Positions 1 to 11,602 of a stretch of DNA of 64,000 nt are shown piece after piece. Origin of the DNA: Candidatus Latescibacterota bacterium (GTDB lineage Bacteria > Latescibacterota > UBA2968); contig OZ220741.1 in the NCBI GenBank assembly GCA_965116885.1, positions 192,001 to 256,000 of the forward strand, read 5' to 3'. Position numbers and translations under genes: made by a program. The notes beneath the pieces were generated by a model that saw only the letters and a list, made by a program, of their open reading frames with translations, was not told the DNA's origin and ran no database searches. How positions within the stretch are numbered: position 1 is the first letter of the stretch; each line of letters opens with the position of its first letter.

Positions 1-128
1 TCTTACACAAATTGGGATGCATCGAGCCAAAAATAAACCCTAACTTCAATAAGATATGGAGAAAATTTATATCGACAAGTATTTTTGACACGCCACCAAT
101 TTCCAAATTTTACACCTGAACGCACAAC

Positions 129-1313
129 TCAAAAAAGGCGATAGCTCAGAGCAAAAAGAAGACTCTGTCTGAATGGCGAACCTTCTTCTTTGGAAATTTG
201 CTCAATAGCCGTCAAACTAATTCTGTTTTCGATAAAAAATGTGAAACTGATATTTGAAATATGTCTAAACCTCGCATCTTGATCGCGTTTTTTGTTGATA
301 TGGAGTGTATTGGAGCTCACAAAGGCAATTCTGTTGGTAATTTCATAGATAAAATCGATATTCTGCCGGATATTATACTCTCGCCTGAAATAGGCCCTCT
401 TGAATGGCGTATCCAATTTAAAATCCGTGTTGACCTGCATTCGCCAACTGATAGGTCGGGAATACCGCACATTAATGGCTAAAGCTGGAGGAGGCCGTTC
501 TGCGTCTTCATCCCTGGTCTGTAATTGATACTGAACCCCCGCATTGACATCCCAACCAAAAAACCGGTCGCTGATCTGCTCCTGTGTAAGTACCTCGCGC
601 ATACGCAAAATGCCAATAGGACCAATATTGCCGCCCCCGGTCACAAGACCGGTTTTGTCAATCTCGCTGCTCATGTCTTCATACCAGTAGCTCAGGTAAG
701 TACGGTCGCCGTAGATATTGCGGTACTCTGCTTCTTTTTCAATAATTTGTCCAAGCGCGATCATCGTGTCTTTGGGAAGGAAATCACTAATAACGCCTTC
801 TTCGAACAAAAAATCTTCGATACGCACGGCTTTTCGCAGGGCGGTAGCATTGATAAACCGACCATAACCAAGACCTAAAATGACATCCGTCTGCGGACGA
901 TCAAAGCCCTTACGCATCAAAGCATCGGGACTGACAAAATAGAAAAACTTATTGGTTTCTCGAAAATACTTTTGAACCTGTATATCGAGATTCATATCGT
1001 AAGTACCCGTACGCTCAGAACCTTCAAATGAAAATTGGCGAAAATACGATGCCGAACTGAGCGCATCGATAAAATATGCAAAGGGCAGAGAACTGTAGAA
1101 TTTCTTATACACAAGGCCGACTTCGCCCTGTTCGTGTATAACTTCTTTGCCCTCGGTCGTCAAATTAAAACTCAACACATCAATGCGTAGATTATCCACC
1201 CGACTCACTGGCACTTTGTAGTCGGTGACCGAAACATTTTGCGCCTCTGCCGATGTTGTAAGTACTACAAGCATACAGCAGACAAGTGCCTTTAATAGAT
1301 ATTGTGCATCCAT
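129..1313 (-). CDS. Hypothetical secreted / outer-membrane beta-barrel-like protein
   Basis: Long ORF. Start moved to ATG 1313 (GGAGG upstream), followed by a signal peptide (AEA-Q). Amphipathic strands and a C-terminal YRLF, typical of outer-membrane proteins. Confidence 0.6.
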   Translation of the reverse strand: MDAQYLLKALVCCMLVVLTTSAEAQNVSVTDYKVPVSRVDNLRIDVLSFNLTTEGKEVIHEQGEVGLVYKKFYSSLPFAYFIDALSSASYFRQFSFEGSERTGTYDMNLDIQVQKYFRETNKFFYFVSPDALMRKGFDRPQTDVILGLGYGRFINATALRKAVRIEDFLFEEGVISDFLPKDTMIALGQIIEKEAEYRNIYGDRTYLSYWYEDMSSEIDKTGLVTGGGNIGPIGILRMREVLTQEQISDRFFGWDVNAGVQYQLQTRDEDAERPPPALAINVRYSRPISWRMQVNTDFKLDTPFKRAYFRREYNIRQNIDFIYEITNRIAFVSSNTLHINKKRDQDARFRHISNISFTFFIENRISLTAIEQISKEEGSPFRQSLLFALSYRLF

Positions 1314-1387
1314 AGTCAGCCTCCGCGATAAGCTATTTGTCAGGCCAGCAAGTTGTCCCCAAAATGAACGAGCCTGATATCCGTTCT

Positions 1388-2362
1388 TCATTCTGTATTC
1401 TCCGGATTCATTTCAACTGTGGGCCTTGGAATGATAAAAATAATATCATCGTAATCCGCTGCGACAACCGTCCCCGTATTATTTGAATCGGTGAGCAGTG
1501 CTAAAACATCGACTGGACGGGGATCACCACCGAACAGACGGCGATAGTCTTGATATGCATTCACCTCTTCCCAAACCCATTTTCCCAGATCATCTTTACC
1601 GCTGCGCAACACAATAGTATATTGTCTGTTGCTCTCAATGACCGTGCCTGTGGGAAGTGTTTCGCTCCAAATATATTTGAGTGATTTTCCAGATAAGATA
1701 CTTGTCCCAAATATCAACCGCACAGCAGCAGCACTATCGTTTTTATCAGAGTCGGTTTCATCAGTTCCCTCAGGCAAATCGTGTACTCGCCAGCGCCAGC
1801 GCAATTTTTGAAACAAACGCACATTTGCTTTGATTTCTCTGCCTCGAAATATGAGCTTTGCTTCTCTCCCAAAATTTACGGCACCGCCTTTTGTTTTTCC
1901 ATTCAGATAATGGTTATTGTCTTCTTGTAAGATTCGATAGTAAACATCTGATTTTTTCGTTTTGGAATATCGCCAGCCCGAACGACCTTCCCAAATTTTA
2001 TCGGGATAAGAATTCAAAAATTTAGGATAATCAAAGGTCTCAAGCACACGGGTGGAGTCCCCCGCAGGCGTGACCCAATGGGCAGGGGGCTGTGAAGGAT
2101 CTGTTATTTTAAGTGTTGTCGAGAGCTCGTGGCCTGACCTGGATGAATCGGCCATCGCAGGATCAGTCGAGAGCAGTGAGTCAACGACTGTAGAATCAAC
2201 AGATACAGAGACAACCGGTTGGACACCCGTAGAATCGGGATCGGCAGCAAAGCATATGCTGTATCTAAGATCAATAACAAATACCGCGAGCACGCACAGC
2301 CTGAAAACCATGTGTATCAAGTATATGCTGATAAAGTCAGTATGGGAACGCAATCCCATCAT
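1388..2362 (-). CDS. DUF3047 family protein
   Basis: LRWRWRV, DSAAAVRLIF, LKYIWSE, DYRRLFG and LTDSNNTG..YDDI motifs. ATGA overlap with the upstream gene. Confidence 0.75.
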   Translation of the reverse strand: MMGLRSHTDFISIYLIHMVFRLCVLAVFVIDLRYSICFAADPDSTGVQPVVSVSVDSTVVDSLLSTDPAMADSSRSGHELSTTLKITDPSQPPAHWVTPAGDSTRVLETFDYPKFLNSYPDKIWEGRSGWRYSKTKKSDVYYRILQEDNNHYLNGKTKGGAVNFGREAKLIFRGREIKANVRLFQKLRWRWRVHDLPEGTDETDSDKNDSAAAVRLIFGTSILSGKSLKYIWSETLPTGTVIESNRQYTIVLRSGKDDLGKWVWEEVNAYQDYRRLFGGDPRPVDVLALLTDSNNTGTVVAADYDDIIFIIPRPTVEMNPENTE

Positions 2363-3237
2363 CCAACCCCGCCGTTACCAATAAAAAATTGGCTCTTGTA
2401 AAGTTGATTTTCCGCATTGCTGGTGACAGCCGACAGAAACCCAGAACGGGCTGCGGCTGCACCCCAATTGCCATATTTGTCAATGGCGATATAAGCCATC
2501 TGGTAAGGACGCGCAGAGGGAACGCGCGCAATGAGATGTTGTACAACAGCTTCGCAGGCTTCCTGTGGTGATTTGCCGTGTCGCATGTACTCAACAACGG
2601 CAAACGACCCGCAAGTGCGAGTGATTTCCTCACCGCGACCAGTAGCCGCGGCAGCACCTGCATCATTATCTGCATAAAGGCCTGAACCAATAAGTGGTGA
2701 ATCGCCAACGCGACCGGGCAACTTAAACGCCGCACCGCTTGTAGTACAGGCTGCCGCGAGATTTCCGTGCTGGTCAAGGGCGATCATGCCAATCGTATCG
2801 TGGACATCTGCGGGAGGACCTGTACGCTCCCTTTTCCACTTTTCCCAGGCTGCGCGCCCATGCTCTGTAAGCATATTGCATTCTTCAAAGCCCTGTGCGC
2901 GCGCAAATTTCAGCGCGCCATTGCCCACCAGAAAAACGCGATCTGTTTTCTCCATTACGCACCGCGCCACAGCAGTGGGTGTGGCAATCTTTCTAAGCCC
3001 AGCCACCGCACCATAACCGAGGGCCCGCCCGTCAACAACCGCGGCATCGACTTCGACCTCACCCTCGGCATTGGGATATCCGCCGAACCCAACGCTCTTG
3101 ACAGCAGGATCGCGTTCCGCCACTTCGACACCCCGCACAACGGCATCGAGCGCAGAGCCACCGTTTTTCAAAATTCTCCAGGCGGGTTGATTAGAAGCCA
3201 GACCAAACCGCCATGTAGATACAACAATGGGAGACAT
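2359..3237 (-). CDS. N(4)-(beta-N-acetylglucosaminyl)-L-asparaginase / asparaginase-2 family Ntn hydrolase
   Basis: SVGFGGYP, HD/TIG autoproteolysis site, TSG and GRVGDSPLIGSG motifs. Confidence 0.9.
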   Translation of the reverse strand: MSPIVVSTWRFGLASNQPAWRILKNGGSALDAVVRGVEVAERDPAVKSVGFGGYPNAEGEVEVDAAVVDGRALGYGAVAGLRKIATPTAVARCVMEKTDRVFLVGNGALKFARAQGFEECNMLTEHGRAAWEKWKRERTGPPADVHDTIGMIALDQHGNLAAACTTSGAAFKLPGRVGDSPLIGSGLYADNDAGAAAATGRGEEITRTCGSFAVVEYMRHGKSPQEACEAVVQHLIARVPSARPYQMAYIAIDKYGNWGAAAARSGFLSAVTSNAENQLYKSQFFIGNGGVG

Positions 3238-3266
3238 CGCCTTCTTTCTATTTTTAAAATTTTTAC

Positions 3267-4562
3267 CTATTCCCGCATCGCCTGATAAATTGCACCTCGC
3301 GTACCTTCGAGATCAAAACACTCGTACTGGTTGTCGTACATCACACGCGAAGCAATATGCATAGCCTGTGATTCGGTTAGATATCCTTCTTCCACCTCGG
3401 CCTCAAGAGTTTTGCCAAGCCAGAAACGGGTTTGAAATGCGTAAGCAGCGGCACTGGTGGGCCAGCGCGTATCGCCGCCAAAAACAAAAAGCTTGTTAAT
3501 AGGTGCGCCGTGGATAAATCGGCGGACAAAATCGCTTGAAGCGTAGGGATTGATAGACCAGGCCCAGCACAGATCTGCCCAGACATTTTTGTAGTGCTTG
3601 GTCAGCGCGATGAGTTCATCGCTATAGGGATAGGCAATGTGCATAAGCACAAAGCGGGCGTCGAGATACCTGGCCAAAAGCGCGCAGAGATTGCCAGCCT
3701 TGATGCGATCTACAGGCATGCGATTGTTACCGGCATAATAGCCCGTATGGATTTTGAAAGGCAAATTGTGTTCAATAGTCAGTTCCACACCGCGTGCCCA
3801 GCACCAATCGCCAAGGCACAATCGCATGGACTCTGAAACATTGTTATTCGAGCTAAGCGTCGCGTAAAGCGCGCGTTCGACATCGCCGCGGGCGCGCGCT
3901 TGCCAATCGAGCGTGCGATTATACGCATGTTGGGCTTTAACCGCAATGGCACAAGGCGCGTGTTTTTCAAATATCGCCTCCATCGCCTTCTGAAGAGAAT
4001 TGAGATCAACAACCGTAATACCAGTATCTTTGGCAATGGCTTCCTGGTCTATCTGCCCACTGCAAAACCCCGCCCAGGAGAGATCGTAAAGAAAAAAGTC
4101 TGGTCCAGATTCATCGGGATCACAGGGCCAGGAAGAATCATCGGTTTGAATATGATCGAGATTCGCAACTTCGCGCAGCAAATTGTAGCGACCGCCGGGG
4201 GTACGCAGTTCGGTCAGTTTTTCCTGTGCGGGCGCAAGCACATCGGGCGTGAGGTCGTCAAAACCATACACATCGGTGACAATGCGCCGCACAGCCTCGC
4301 CATAACCCGTGTATTGCGTGGCCTCCCACGCTGCGCGAACACCTTCAAAACGCCCGGCGAGGTCTGGGTCTGAGGCATCCGTAAGACGACGCAGAGCTTC
4401 GGGCGATGCACCAGCCGTAATGAGATCCGCAGGCACATAATTGCCAAAAAGATCCTGTAATACGTCGGGACCGTCGTCAATCCAGTCAGGCTCCCGACGA
4501 AGATGTTCGTGCGTATCGCACAGCGCGGTTTGTTTGATATGTTCAGATAAATTGGTCGCCAT
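3267..4562 (-). CDS. Amidohydrolase-2 family metallohydrolase
   Basis: N-terminal DTHEH, KIHTG, LMHIAYPY and FGGD motifs; AGGAGG RBS. Confidence 0.8.
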   Translation of the reverse strand: MATNLSEHIKQTALCDTHEHLRREPDWIDDGPDVLQDLFGNYVPADLITAGASPEALRRLTDASDPDLAGRFEGVRAAWEATQYTGYGEAVRRIVTDVYGFDDLTPDVLAPAQEKLTELRTPGGRYNLLREVANLDHIQTDDSSWPCDPDESGPDFFLYDLSWAGFCSGQIDQEAIAKDTGITVVDLNSLQKAMEAIFEKHAPCAIAVKAQHAYNRTLDWQARARGDVERALYATLSSNNNVSESMRLCLGDWCWARGVELTIEHNLPFKIHTGYYAGNNRMPVDRIKAGNLCALLARYLDARFVLMHIAYPYSDELIALTKHYKNVWADLCWAWSINPYASSDFVRRFIHGAPINKLFVFGGDTRWPTSAAAYAFQTRFWLGKTLEAEVEEGYLTESQAMHIASRVMYDNQYECFDLEGTRGAIYQAMRE

Positions 4563-4596
4563 GGCATTATTCCTCCTTGATCAAGAGCCCCTGCTT

Positions 4597-4631
4597 TTAA
4601 TTCTTAATTTTTAATTTTTAATTCTTAATTC
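4597..4631. repeat. Heptamer tandem repeat (TTAATTY) x5
   Basis: Read directly from the sequence; three units recur at 11696..11716. Confidence 0.85.
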
Positions 4632-4638
4632 CCAATCA

Positions 4639-5406
4639 TCATCTCGCAACTTTCAACCAATATCCCCCATCCACACTCAACACCGTCCCCGTAATATAGT
4701 CGGCGGCATCGGAACAGAGAAACGCGGCGGCATTGGCAATATCTTCCGGCGTCCCCAGGCGCTTCCAGGGCAACGCAGTAGCAGCCTCGCGGATCTGTTC
4801 TTCCGTCGCATATTGACGCTCGCCGGGCGTGTCGATATACCCGGGCGTAATCACATTGGCGCGAATGCGGTGATCGGTGAGTTCATTGGCAATAGTCGCC
4901 GACATCTGATTGATCCCCGCCTTCGCTGCATTATAGGGCAACGAAGTAGAAAAGGGAATATTGGACAAAACAGAACTGATAAAGAGAATCGCACCCCCTT
5001 CGCCCTGTTTGACCATCTGACGGGCACCTGCCTGAGCCATGTGGAAAGCCCCCCAAAACGTGACATCAAGCGTGCGCCGCGCGCCATCCAATCCCAGATC
5101 GAGAAAAGGTTCGCGCTTGCTGTAATACGCATTGGAAACCACAATATCGAGACGGCCAAATTCCTCAACCGCGGCAGCGACCATAGCATCCACCGCATCG
5201 CGGTCAGACACATCTGCGCCATAGACGAGCGCATCGGACCCCGAATTGCGAATCTCAGCGGCAACTTCCTCTGCCTCTTCGGGATGCGTGCGATAATTGA
5301 CCGCAACCTTTGCGCCCGACCGTCCCATCCGAAGGGCAATACCGCGTCCAATACCGCGCGACGCGCCAGAAATAAGCGCGACCTTTCCATCCAAATTAAT
5401 ATTCAT
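4639..5406 (-). CDS. SDR family oxidoreductase (glucose 1-dehydrogenase-like)
   Basis: GASRGIG, YNAAK catalytic motif, PGYIDT. Confidence 0.9.
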   Translation of the reverse strand: MNINLDGKVALISGASRGIGRGIALRMGRSGAKVAVNYRTHPEEAEEVAAEIRNSGSDALVYGADVSDRDAVDAMVAAAVEEFGRLDIVVSNAYYSKREPFLDLGLDGARRTLDVTFWGAFHMAQAGARQMVKQGEGGAILFISSVLSNIPFSTSLPYNAAKAGINQMSATIANELTDHRIRANVITPGYIDTPGERQYATEEQIREAATALPWKRLGTPEDIANAAAFLCSDAADYITGTVLSVDGGYWLKVAR

Positions 5407-5425
5407 GGAGAACTCCTTCTAATAG

Positions 5426-5851
5426 CTAAAAAAAGAGATCTGGCTTCACCTTGAAATGCCGTGTCAAGATACGAATATGTGTTTTGTTCAACTCCTGTTC
5501 GCCGGAGAGAAGTTGCTGTACCAATGAGACAGGTTCTCCCAAAATTTCACCGAGTTGAGACAAATTTACATCGTTCTGCTCTAAGAGATACTTGAGCGAT
5601 TGATTAGGAGAGAGATGATCCAATTGCGATGCATAATATTGATAATCGTATTTGCTGATGAGTTCGCCGAGCGTTTCAAGATAGTCATCCTGATCTTGCG
5701 TTCTTTTATTTAACACGGCAAGTTGATCTACAATTGCCACCGCATTCTCATAATCAATATCATCGCGAATAGGCCGAAGTTGATGAACCATATTCAACCC
5801 ATCAAACGTATCGGGCAAAGGATCGGGAAGAATTGCTATGGTATTTTTCAT
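5426..5851 (-). CDS. higA: HigA-type HTH antitoxin
   Basis: PIRDDIDYE N-terminus, LKYLLEQ and a C-terminal HTH. Coupled to the upstream toxin. Confidence 0.75.
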   Translation of the reverse strand: MKNTIAILPDPLPDTFDGLNMVHQLRPIRDDIDYENAVAIVDQLAVLNKRTQDQDDYLETLGELISKYDYQYYASQLDHLSPNQSLKYLLEQNDVNLSQLGEILGEPVSLVQQLLSGEQELNKTHIRILTRHFKVKPDLFF

Positions 5852-6159
5852 AATTTAGCCTTCCACTGATTTTGATTGTATTCGCTGTGCGTCATGATCC
5901 GCAATACAAAAACCAGGCCAGAGTTGAAATGGATAGCAGCAATGAGTCGGTGTCGGTTTCGTTCAATATTAAATACATATACTGTTTTGCCACTCGCTAC
6001 CTGAACGGGATCGACATTATTGAACGTGTGTTTTAAATCTGATGGATTTTGCCATTCAGCTAAAAGCGTGGTTTTTTCCCAGTGTTCTAATGACGACCGA
6101 GCACTGGGATATTTATTGGCGTATTCCCGCAGTCGTTTCAACGTTATGATACGTTTCAT
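5848..6159 (-). CDS. higB: HigB family type II toxin
   Basis: RII..LREY, VFNI..NRHRLIAAIHF and THSEYN motifs; toxin-before-antitoxin order. Confidence 0.85.
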   Translation of the reverse strand: MKRIITLKRLREYANKYPSARSSLEHWEKTTLLAEWQNPSDLKHTFNNVDPVQVASGKTVYVFNIERNRHRLIAAIHFNSGLVFVLRIMTHSEYNQNQWKAKL

Positions 6160-6174
6160 AAATCTATACGATTC

Positions 6175-6594
6175 TCAATCTACGGGTAGGCCAGTACCTG
6201 GCCACTGGTCATCGCTGGATGTAACATCTACAGTGATGCCATCGGGATCCTCTACTTTAAACGCACCTTCTTCGAGCGTATCCGGAGCCAAGGGCTGCTT
6301 ACCGCCCAGACCATCGGAAAAAATCTCGTAGCCCATCTCCGTCAAACGCCGCGCCGCAGCTTCCAGATCGGGAACCCGAATACCAATATGCAAATAATCC
6401 AGCATTCCGCTAACGTGCTCTGGGCGAGAAGGCCCATTGTGTTGAAAGATGCGAAAATTGTGATACCCATCGGTCAGGTCAAAAGATTGCCCTCGATCCT
6501 GAACGAGACGCAAACCCAAACCATCTCGCCAGAAGCGGATGGTCTCATCGATATCTGTGGCGCGTACGCCAATATGAACAAGTGCGGTAGCCAT
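6175..6594 (-). CDS. VOC / glyoxalase family protein
   Basis: HIGVRATD..FWRDGLGL, HIGIRVPD and DPDG motifs. Confidence 0.85.
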   Translation of the reverse strand: MATALVHIGVRATDIDETIRFWRDGLGLRLVQDRGQSFDLTDGYHNFRIFQHNGPSRPEHVSGMLDYLHIGIRVPDLEAAARRLTEMGYEIFSDGLGGKQPLAPDTLEEGAFKVEDPDGITVDVTSSDDQWPGTGLPVD

Positions 6595-6660
6595 AATGGT
6601 ATTCCTCCTGTTGAAATGATAATCTATCTAACCTCAACCCCTCTTAGCCTCTTGCCTTTC

Positions 6661-6691
6661 CATCTGTGTTCATCTGTGTTCATCTGTGGTT
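6661..6691. repeat. Decamer-type repeat (CATCTGTGTT)n..CATCTGTGG; member of a dispersed family
   Basis: Relatives at 26454..26482, 30425..30456 (reverse), 35166..35183, 35965..35995 and 57197..57227. Confidence 0.75.
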
Positions 6692-6703
6692 GCATTTGAC
6701 TCT

Positions 6704-8455
6704 TCACCTCTGATCCCACAATTGCCGCATCTCCGCACTCGATTTGAGCAACTCGTCCAGAGTCCCCACCCCTTCAATACGACCATTTTTCAGAACGACA
6801 ATTTGATCGGCGCGGCGAAGCGCGGGACGGCGGTGAGAAACCACGAGACAGGTAGCCCGGCGGTGTTCAAAAACGCGCCGCCAAAGAATGCGCTCGGTCT
6901 CCACATCCAGAGCAGAAGATAGATCGTCGAAAACCAAAAATTCGGGATCGCGAATAAACATGCGGGCTGCGGCAGTGCGCTGAATTTGACCGCCAGAAAG
7001 TTTGACACCGCGCGGTCCAACAATTGTATCCAGACCGTTTTCAAGGGTGGGAATATCGGTCTCCATGACGCCATTGTAAAGCGCGTGTTCGAGTGCTCGT
7101 GGATCATCGGGTAATCCCAAAAGAATATTATCGCGCAGAGACTCGCTGAAAAGACGCGGGATTTGCGGCGTATAAGCACAGCGAGGAGGCGTAAAAAAAG
7201 TTTTGGGATCCGCGACCTTCTCACCATTCCAGTAAACATCCCCGCTCGCAACCGGAAGAACACCGAGAAGTGCGCGGATGAGCGTGGTCTTGCCCGATCC
7301 GATTTGCCCCGTAACAACTGTAAACGACCCAGCGGGAATAGCGAGATCAATATCGTAAATCCCATTTTCAGACTTGGGATAAATATAAGTCATATTGCGA
7401 ATGGTAAGTGCGTTGAGCTTGTCCGATTCCTCACGGGATGGCAACGCCAATCCATCGGGGTTTCTACTGAGATAAACATCCGTGTGTTGAGAGATGCGTT
7501 CGCGGGGAATATCTTCAACAGTATATGCCATTCGAAAATAAGAAACTTCGGCGCGCTTGTGGTTGGTGAGAATGGTCCCAAGCAGAGAACCGCTTCGGGC
7601 AACCTGACCGACGTAAGTTGCAAAAAGTGCCATATCCCCAACCGTGAACGTGCCCGACTTCATTTTTTCCGCCACGAGAATCAGGATAACGCCCGTGGCA
7701 ATATGACCCAAATTGAAATTGATCGAACTGAGAATCTGAGTGAAGAGATTGTCGATAAGAGTAGATACGCGGCGCGCATCATTGAGTTGCCGAAAGCGGT
7801 CAATCACATGGGCTTGCGTTGTAGCGACTTTGACAGCGAGGATAGACTGAAACATCTCATTGATAAAATTGGTAGATCGCTCCGTTGCAACGCGCTGCGC
7901 GGTGCGGTATTTGTGAATATACTTGCGAGCAAAATCCACAACAATAACCACGCATATCGCCGGTATAATCGTTATAAAAGTGATATAGGGATCAATTCTC
8001 GACATATAAAAAATGGCGAGCACCGCAAATACGAGATTGCCCCACATGTGGATATATCGATTGAGGTATTGAATAATGCCCAATACATCGTCTCGAAATC
8101 GGTTGGTCACCTCGCCAGAGGCGGTGGAAATCTTTCCCGGATCTCGAACTTCGAGAATAGCAGTCATAAGATTTTTCCGCAAAAGCGTTTCAATAGCATA
8201 CCACCAACGCGGCCAAGCAAAAGCCGAACCAAAAAGGGCGATGCGGTCGCCAATCTCAACAGCGACAAAAAGCGCGACAAGCGACCAGGCAGTGAACCCC
8301 GCTTCGGCCTGACCGGTAAGCGCGTCAAAAAACCCCTTCATAATAACGCCCGCGAGAAAAGGCGCGACATCGTCGATACCGCGAAAAAATATCGTAGTCA
8401 AAAAAAGTCCGGGACGGAACTTGAGCAACCGCCATGTCGTTTGCCCCATCGTCAT
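6704..8455 (-). CDS. ABC exporter, fused TMD-NBD (heterodimer subunit with degenerate Walker B)
   Basis: Transmembrane N-terminal half; [17 protein letters not shown]. Confidence 0.9.
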   Translation of the reverse strand: MTMGQTTWRLLKFRPGLFLTTIFFRGIDDVAPFLAGVIMKGFFDALTGQAEAGFTAWSLVALFVAVEIGDRIALFGSAFAWPRWWYAIETLLRKNLMTAILEVRDPGKISTASGEVTNRFRDDVLGIIQYLNRYIHMWGNLVFAVLAIFYMSRIDPYITFITIIPAICVVIVVDFARKYIHKYRTAQRVATERSTNFINEMFQSILAVKVATTQAHVIDRFRQLNDARRVSTLIDNLFTQILSSINFNLGHIATGVILILVAEKMKSGTFTVGDMALFATYVGQVARSGSLLGTILTNHKRAEVSYFRMAYTVEDIPRERISQHTDVYLSRNPDGLALPSREESDKLNALTIRNMTYIYPKSENGIYDIDLAIPAGSFTVVTGQIGSGKTTLIRALLGVLPVASGDVYWNGEKVADPKTFFTPPRCAYTPQIPRLFSESLRDNILLGLPDDPRALEHALYNGVMETDIPTLENGLDTIVGPRGVKLSGGQIQRTAAARMFIRDPEFLVFDDLSSALDVETERILWRRVFEHRRATCLVVSHRRPALRRADQIVVLKNGRIEGVGTLDELLKSSAEMRQLWDQR

Positions 8456-10194
8456 GCGATAAGTTCCTCCAGACCCGTATTGAGCAGACGTGAAAACTGC
8501 GAATTCGGATCTTCGACCAGTTCTTTGCGAAGGCCAAATTCCCCCACCTGCCCATCGTCGAGAATGAGGATATTATCCACGCGCTCTACAGTCTCAAGGC
8601 GATGCGCGATAATAATACCCGTGCGATTTTGCAACAGGCGTTCCACTGCAAAGTTGATATTCTGCTCGGTTGCGGGATCGAGCCGCGATGATGGCTCGTC
8701 CAAAATGACCAGACCGGGATCTTTGAGGAAAACGCGGGCAAAGGCGAGCAATTGGGCTTCGCCAGCCGAAAGACTACCCGAGACCAGCTCGGTATCCAAC
8801 CCCCCAGGCAATGACGCATACCACGCACCAAGACCGAGATCTTCGAGCATGGCGACGATTTTTTTATCCGAAACATCGGGTCGAAAAAGAGTGAGATTGT
8901 CGCGTACACTGGCATTAAAAAGCTGCACATCCTGCGTAACGAGACCGACGTGCTGCCGCAAATCGTCAATCAAAATATCCCGGATATTTTGATCGCCAAT
9001 GCGAATTTGTCCGCTCTGAATATCGTAAAAGCGAAAGAGCAAGCGGGTAATGGTGGTCTTGCCACTGCCCGTGCGCCCCAACAGGCCGAGGGTCTTGCCC
9101 GGTTCGAGAGAAAAGGAAATATTCCGCAGAACGGAATCGCCGGGATTGTACGCAAAATGGACATTGTCAAACGCAATGCCCAAAGAATGATCAGCAGCCA
9201 ATTTTTCACTCCCATCCAGAATGCGGGTCTGGATGCGGTGGAGTTCTTCAATGCGTTTAAGCCCGGCAGTCGCGCGTTGCAAATCGTTGATCTGCTGGCT
9301 AATTTGAAAAAGCGGTTCGCGCAACATCGACGTATAGTGAAAAACGAGAAAAACCGCGCCAATTGTAAACGTACCCTCCCGATAAAGCCAGATACCCATG
9401 CCCATTGCAAGCGCGTAACCGAGCGCGAACATAATACCGGTAATCGCACGCAATCCCTCGCTCATTAACTCGGATTTCTTCACACGGGCAAAAACGCCGT
9501 TATTCACCCCGTAAAACCGATTTATTGTGTAATCACCTGCACCATTTGTTCGGATGTCTTCGAGACCGAGCAATCGCTCTTCGATAAACCCGTACAAACG
9601 CGCATAACTTTCGCGTTCCGCCGTGTAAATGGGCACGGCAATATTGCGCGTGAGATTAAAAACAACAAAGGCGAGAATCGAAAAAGCGGTCAGCGCTGCG
9701 CCCACGCGCCAATCTTCGCGAAAGACGAGGATGAGGACGCCCAAAAGAAAAAATGAGCTTCCAATAACGTGGATGACAAATTGCGAAAAAAAATTGGACA
9801 GTGCCGTCGTATCGCCGTCAACGCGCTCGATCATCTCGCCCGGAGTGTGCGCGTGGTGAAAGCCCATATCGAGATTGAGGCAGTGGTGCGCGAGCGTATT
9901 CCGCATCTGATTCGTTGCGCGCCAGCCCACATCTTGCCCCAAATAAGAACTCACAATTTGCACGCCCTGGCGAATAATACCAATGGCGAGAAAGGCAATA
10001 CCCGCCCATACCAAATTTTGCACGGCGCCATCTGCCTGCGCCGTATCGATGAAATATCGAATAATTTGGGGATTGAGCAGATTGAGACCAATACCGGTGA
10101 ACATGAAAACGCCGAGAAAAACAACGCGCTTCCAATGAGGGCGAAGATAGTGTATCAGGAGAGTGGCATAATGCCTGAGAGGGACGCGTTCCAA
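8452..10194 (-). CDS. ABC exporter, fused TMD-NBD (heterodimer subunit)
   Basis: [17 protein letters not shown]. Start uncertain (TTG 10194 or 10242). ATGA overlap with its partner. Confidence 0.88.
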   Translation of the reverse strand: MERVPLRHYATLLIHYLRPHWKRVVFLGVFMFTGIGLNLLNPQIIRYFIDTAQADGAVQNLVWAGIAFLAIGIIRQGVQIVSSYLGQDVGWRATNQMRNTLAHHCLNLDMGFHHAHTPGEMIERVDGDTTALSNFFSQFVIHVIGSSFFLLGVLILVFREDWRVGAALTAFSILAFVVFNLTRNIAVPIYTAERESYARLYGFIEERLLGLEDIRTNGAGDYTINRFYGVNNGVFARVKKSELMSEGLRAITGIMFALGYALAMGMGIWLYREGTFTIGAVFLVFHYTSMLREPLFQISQQINDLQRATAGLKRIEELHRIQTRILDGSEKLAADHSLGIAFDNVHFAYNPGDSVLRNISFSLEPGKTLGLLGRTGSGKTTITRLLFRFYDIQSGQIRIGDQNIRDILIDDLRQHVGLVTQDVQLFNASVRDNLTLFRPDVSDKKIVAMLEDLGLGAWYASLPGGLDTELVSGSLSAGEAQLLAFARVFLKDPGLVILDEPSSRLDPATEQNINFAVERLLQNRTGIIIAHRLETVERVDNILILDDGQVGEFGLRKELVEDPNSQFSRLLNTGLEELIA

Positions 10195-10327
10195 TAGGAT
10201 TCCCAAAAAAGAAGAAGAAAAACCGACGCCCGAAAAGATCAAAGTTCTTGAAAATTACGATGTCGCATGTTAATTTCCAAATAAAATTTAACCACTAACA
10301 CTATAATCCAACTTGTCTTTTAGTGAT

Positions 10328-11602
10328 ATGCCCCCTAAACTCATCTCCCTTCTAAAAAACACGGGCCTCGACATCCACTGGGAAAAATCCGTCGCAACCT
10401 TCCCCGGCAACCTCTCCTTTCTCCAGCCCGAAGCCATCCGAGAAAACGGCGACTGGGCAAATCTTCCGCCCGACGCCATAGACTTTGCAATCCGCGCCGC
10501 TCAAAAAATCGCCACAGACCCCGACCTCGCGCTCATGGCCTGGCATGCCCATCGCCTCCTCTTCATCGCCCAAAAGACAGCCCGCGACTGGCCCCTCCTC
10601 ACCCCCGTACTCGGCAATTACGGCGGTGCTTTTTATCTCCTCATCGCGCTATCGGGCATACCACAACTCCGCACCTACCACCAATCGCGCAACATCCCCG
10701 AACACATCACCCGTCTGACCTGCCGCGACACGTACGTCTGGGCGCAGCAATACCACGACATCGGCATTTTCAAAAACGATCGTTTCTTCCACCCGGGTGA
10801 CTCCGGTGCCTGGGGATTATGCACGCGCATCTTACCCTGGCTACTCGGCCATCTCAACGGCGACCTCTATCGCATAGGACGCCTGCAATACAAAATAGGA
10901 CCCTTTCGCCAGAAAATGCGCGCGTACCGCCATCGCACCTCTACGCAAATATGTCTCCTGTGCGAATCCGGATTGGAATTTCGCACCGACGGCAACTTCA
11001 ACGGCGCGGGCGGAAGGGAAGATCCTGAGCCCTGGACATCCGAACTCACCGAAACCGCGACCCATATCACCGGCAACCCCATACACCCCAACGGCCACGC
11101 ACAACGCCAGCCGGTCAGCCTCTCGCGCTCCCACTGGGATTGCGTCCTCACCGAAGGCGATCCAATACTCGAAATTCACATCCCCGAAGACGGACCAATG
11201 GCATTTGAAAATTGTGGCGACTCCCTCCGCCAGGTCGCCGAATTCTTTCCCAAACACTTCCCCGACCGCCCCTTCAAAGCAATCTGCTGCACATCCTGGC
11301 TGCTCGACCCCACATACCAGCACTTACTCTCCAAAAATTCCAACATCGTTCGCTTCCAGCGCGAATGTTATCTCTTCCCGCTCAACTCGCGTAGCAAATA
11401 CAGCAGCCTCGATCGCATCTTCGGTCCATACTCCCACGACCTCTCCACAGCCCCGCGCGACAGCAGCATGAGAGCCGCAGTAATCGATCACATCGACAAC
11501 GGCGGCTGCCTCATCAGCGGCGGCTGTCTCCTCTGGACAGACCACCTCGACAAATGGGGCACCCAATTTTATCTCCACCAACACCCCATTCCCCAAAGTT
11601 GA
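10328..11602 (+). CDS. Acyltransferase-domain protein (DUF5596 / GNAT-like C-terminal domain)
   Basis: YRIGRLQY, LEIHIP..GP, CTSWLLDP and SNIVRFQ motifs. Start ATG 10328 or TTG 10313. Confidence 0.7.
   Translation: MPPKLISLLKNTGLDIHWEKSVATFPGNLSFLQPEAIRENGDWANLPPDAIDFAIRAAQKIATDPDLALMAWHAHRLLFIAQKTARDWPLLTPVLGNYGGAFYLLIALSGIPQLRTYHQSRNIPEHITRLTCRDTYVWAQQYHDIGIFKNDRFFHPGDSGAWGLCTRILPWLLGHLNGDLYRIGRLQYKIGPFRQKMRAYRHRTSTQICLLCESGLEFRTDGNFNGAGGREDPEPWTSELTETATHITGNPIHPNGHAQRQPVSLSRSHWDCVLTEGDPILEIHIPEDGPMAFENCGDSLRQVAEFFPKHFPDRPFKAICCTSWLLDPTYQHLLSKNSNIVRFQRECYLFPLNSRSKYSSLDRIFGPYSHDLSTAPRDSSMRAAVIDHIDNGGCLISGGCLLWTDHLDKWGTQFYLHQHPIPQS

Noticed and set aside
7163..8992. Long antisense ORFs (609 aa here; also 28041..29744, 26566..27798, 51879..52955 and others)
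   Set aside because: These are shadow frames of well-supported opposite-strand genes, with no motifs or RBS.
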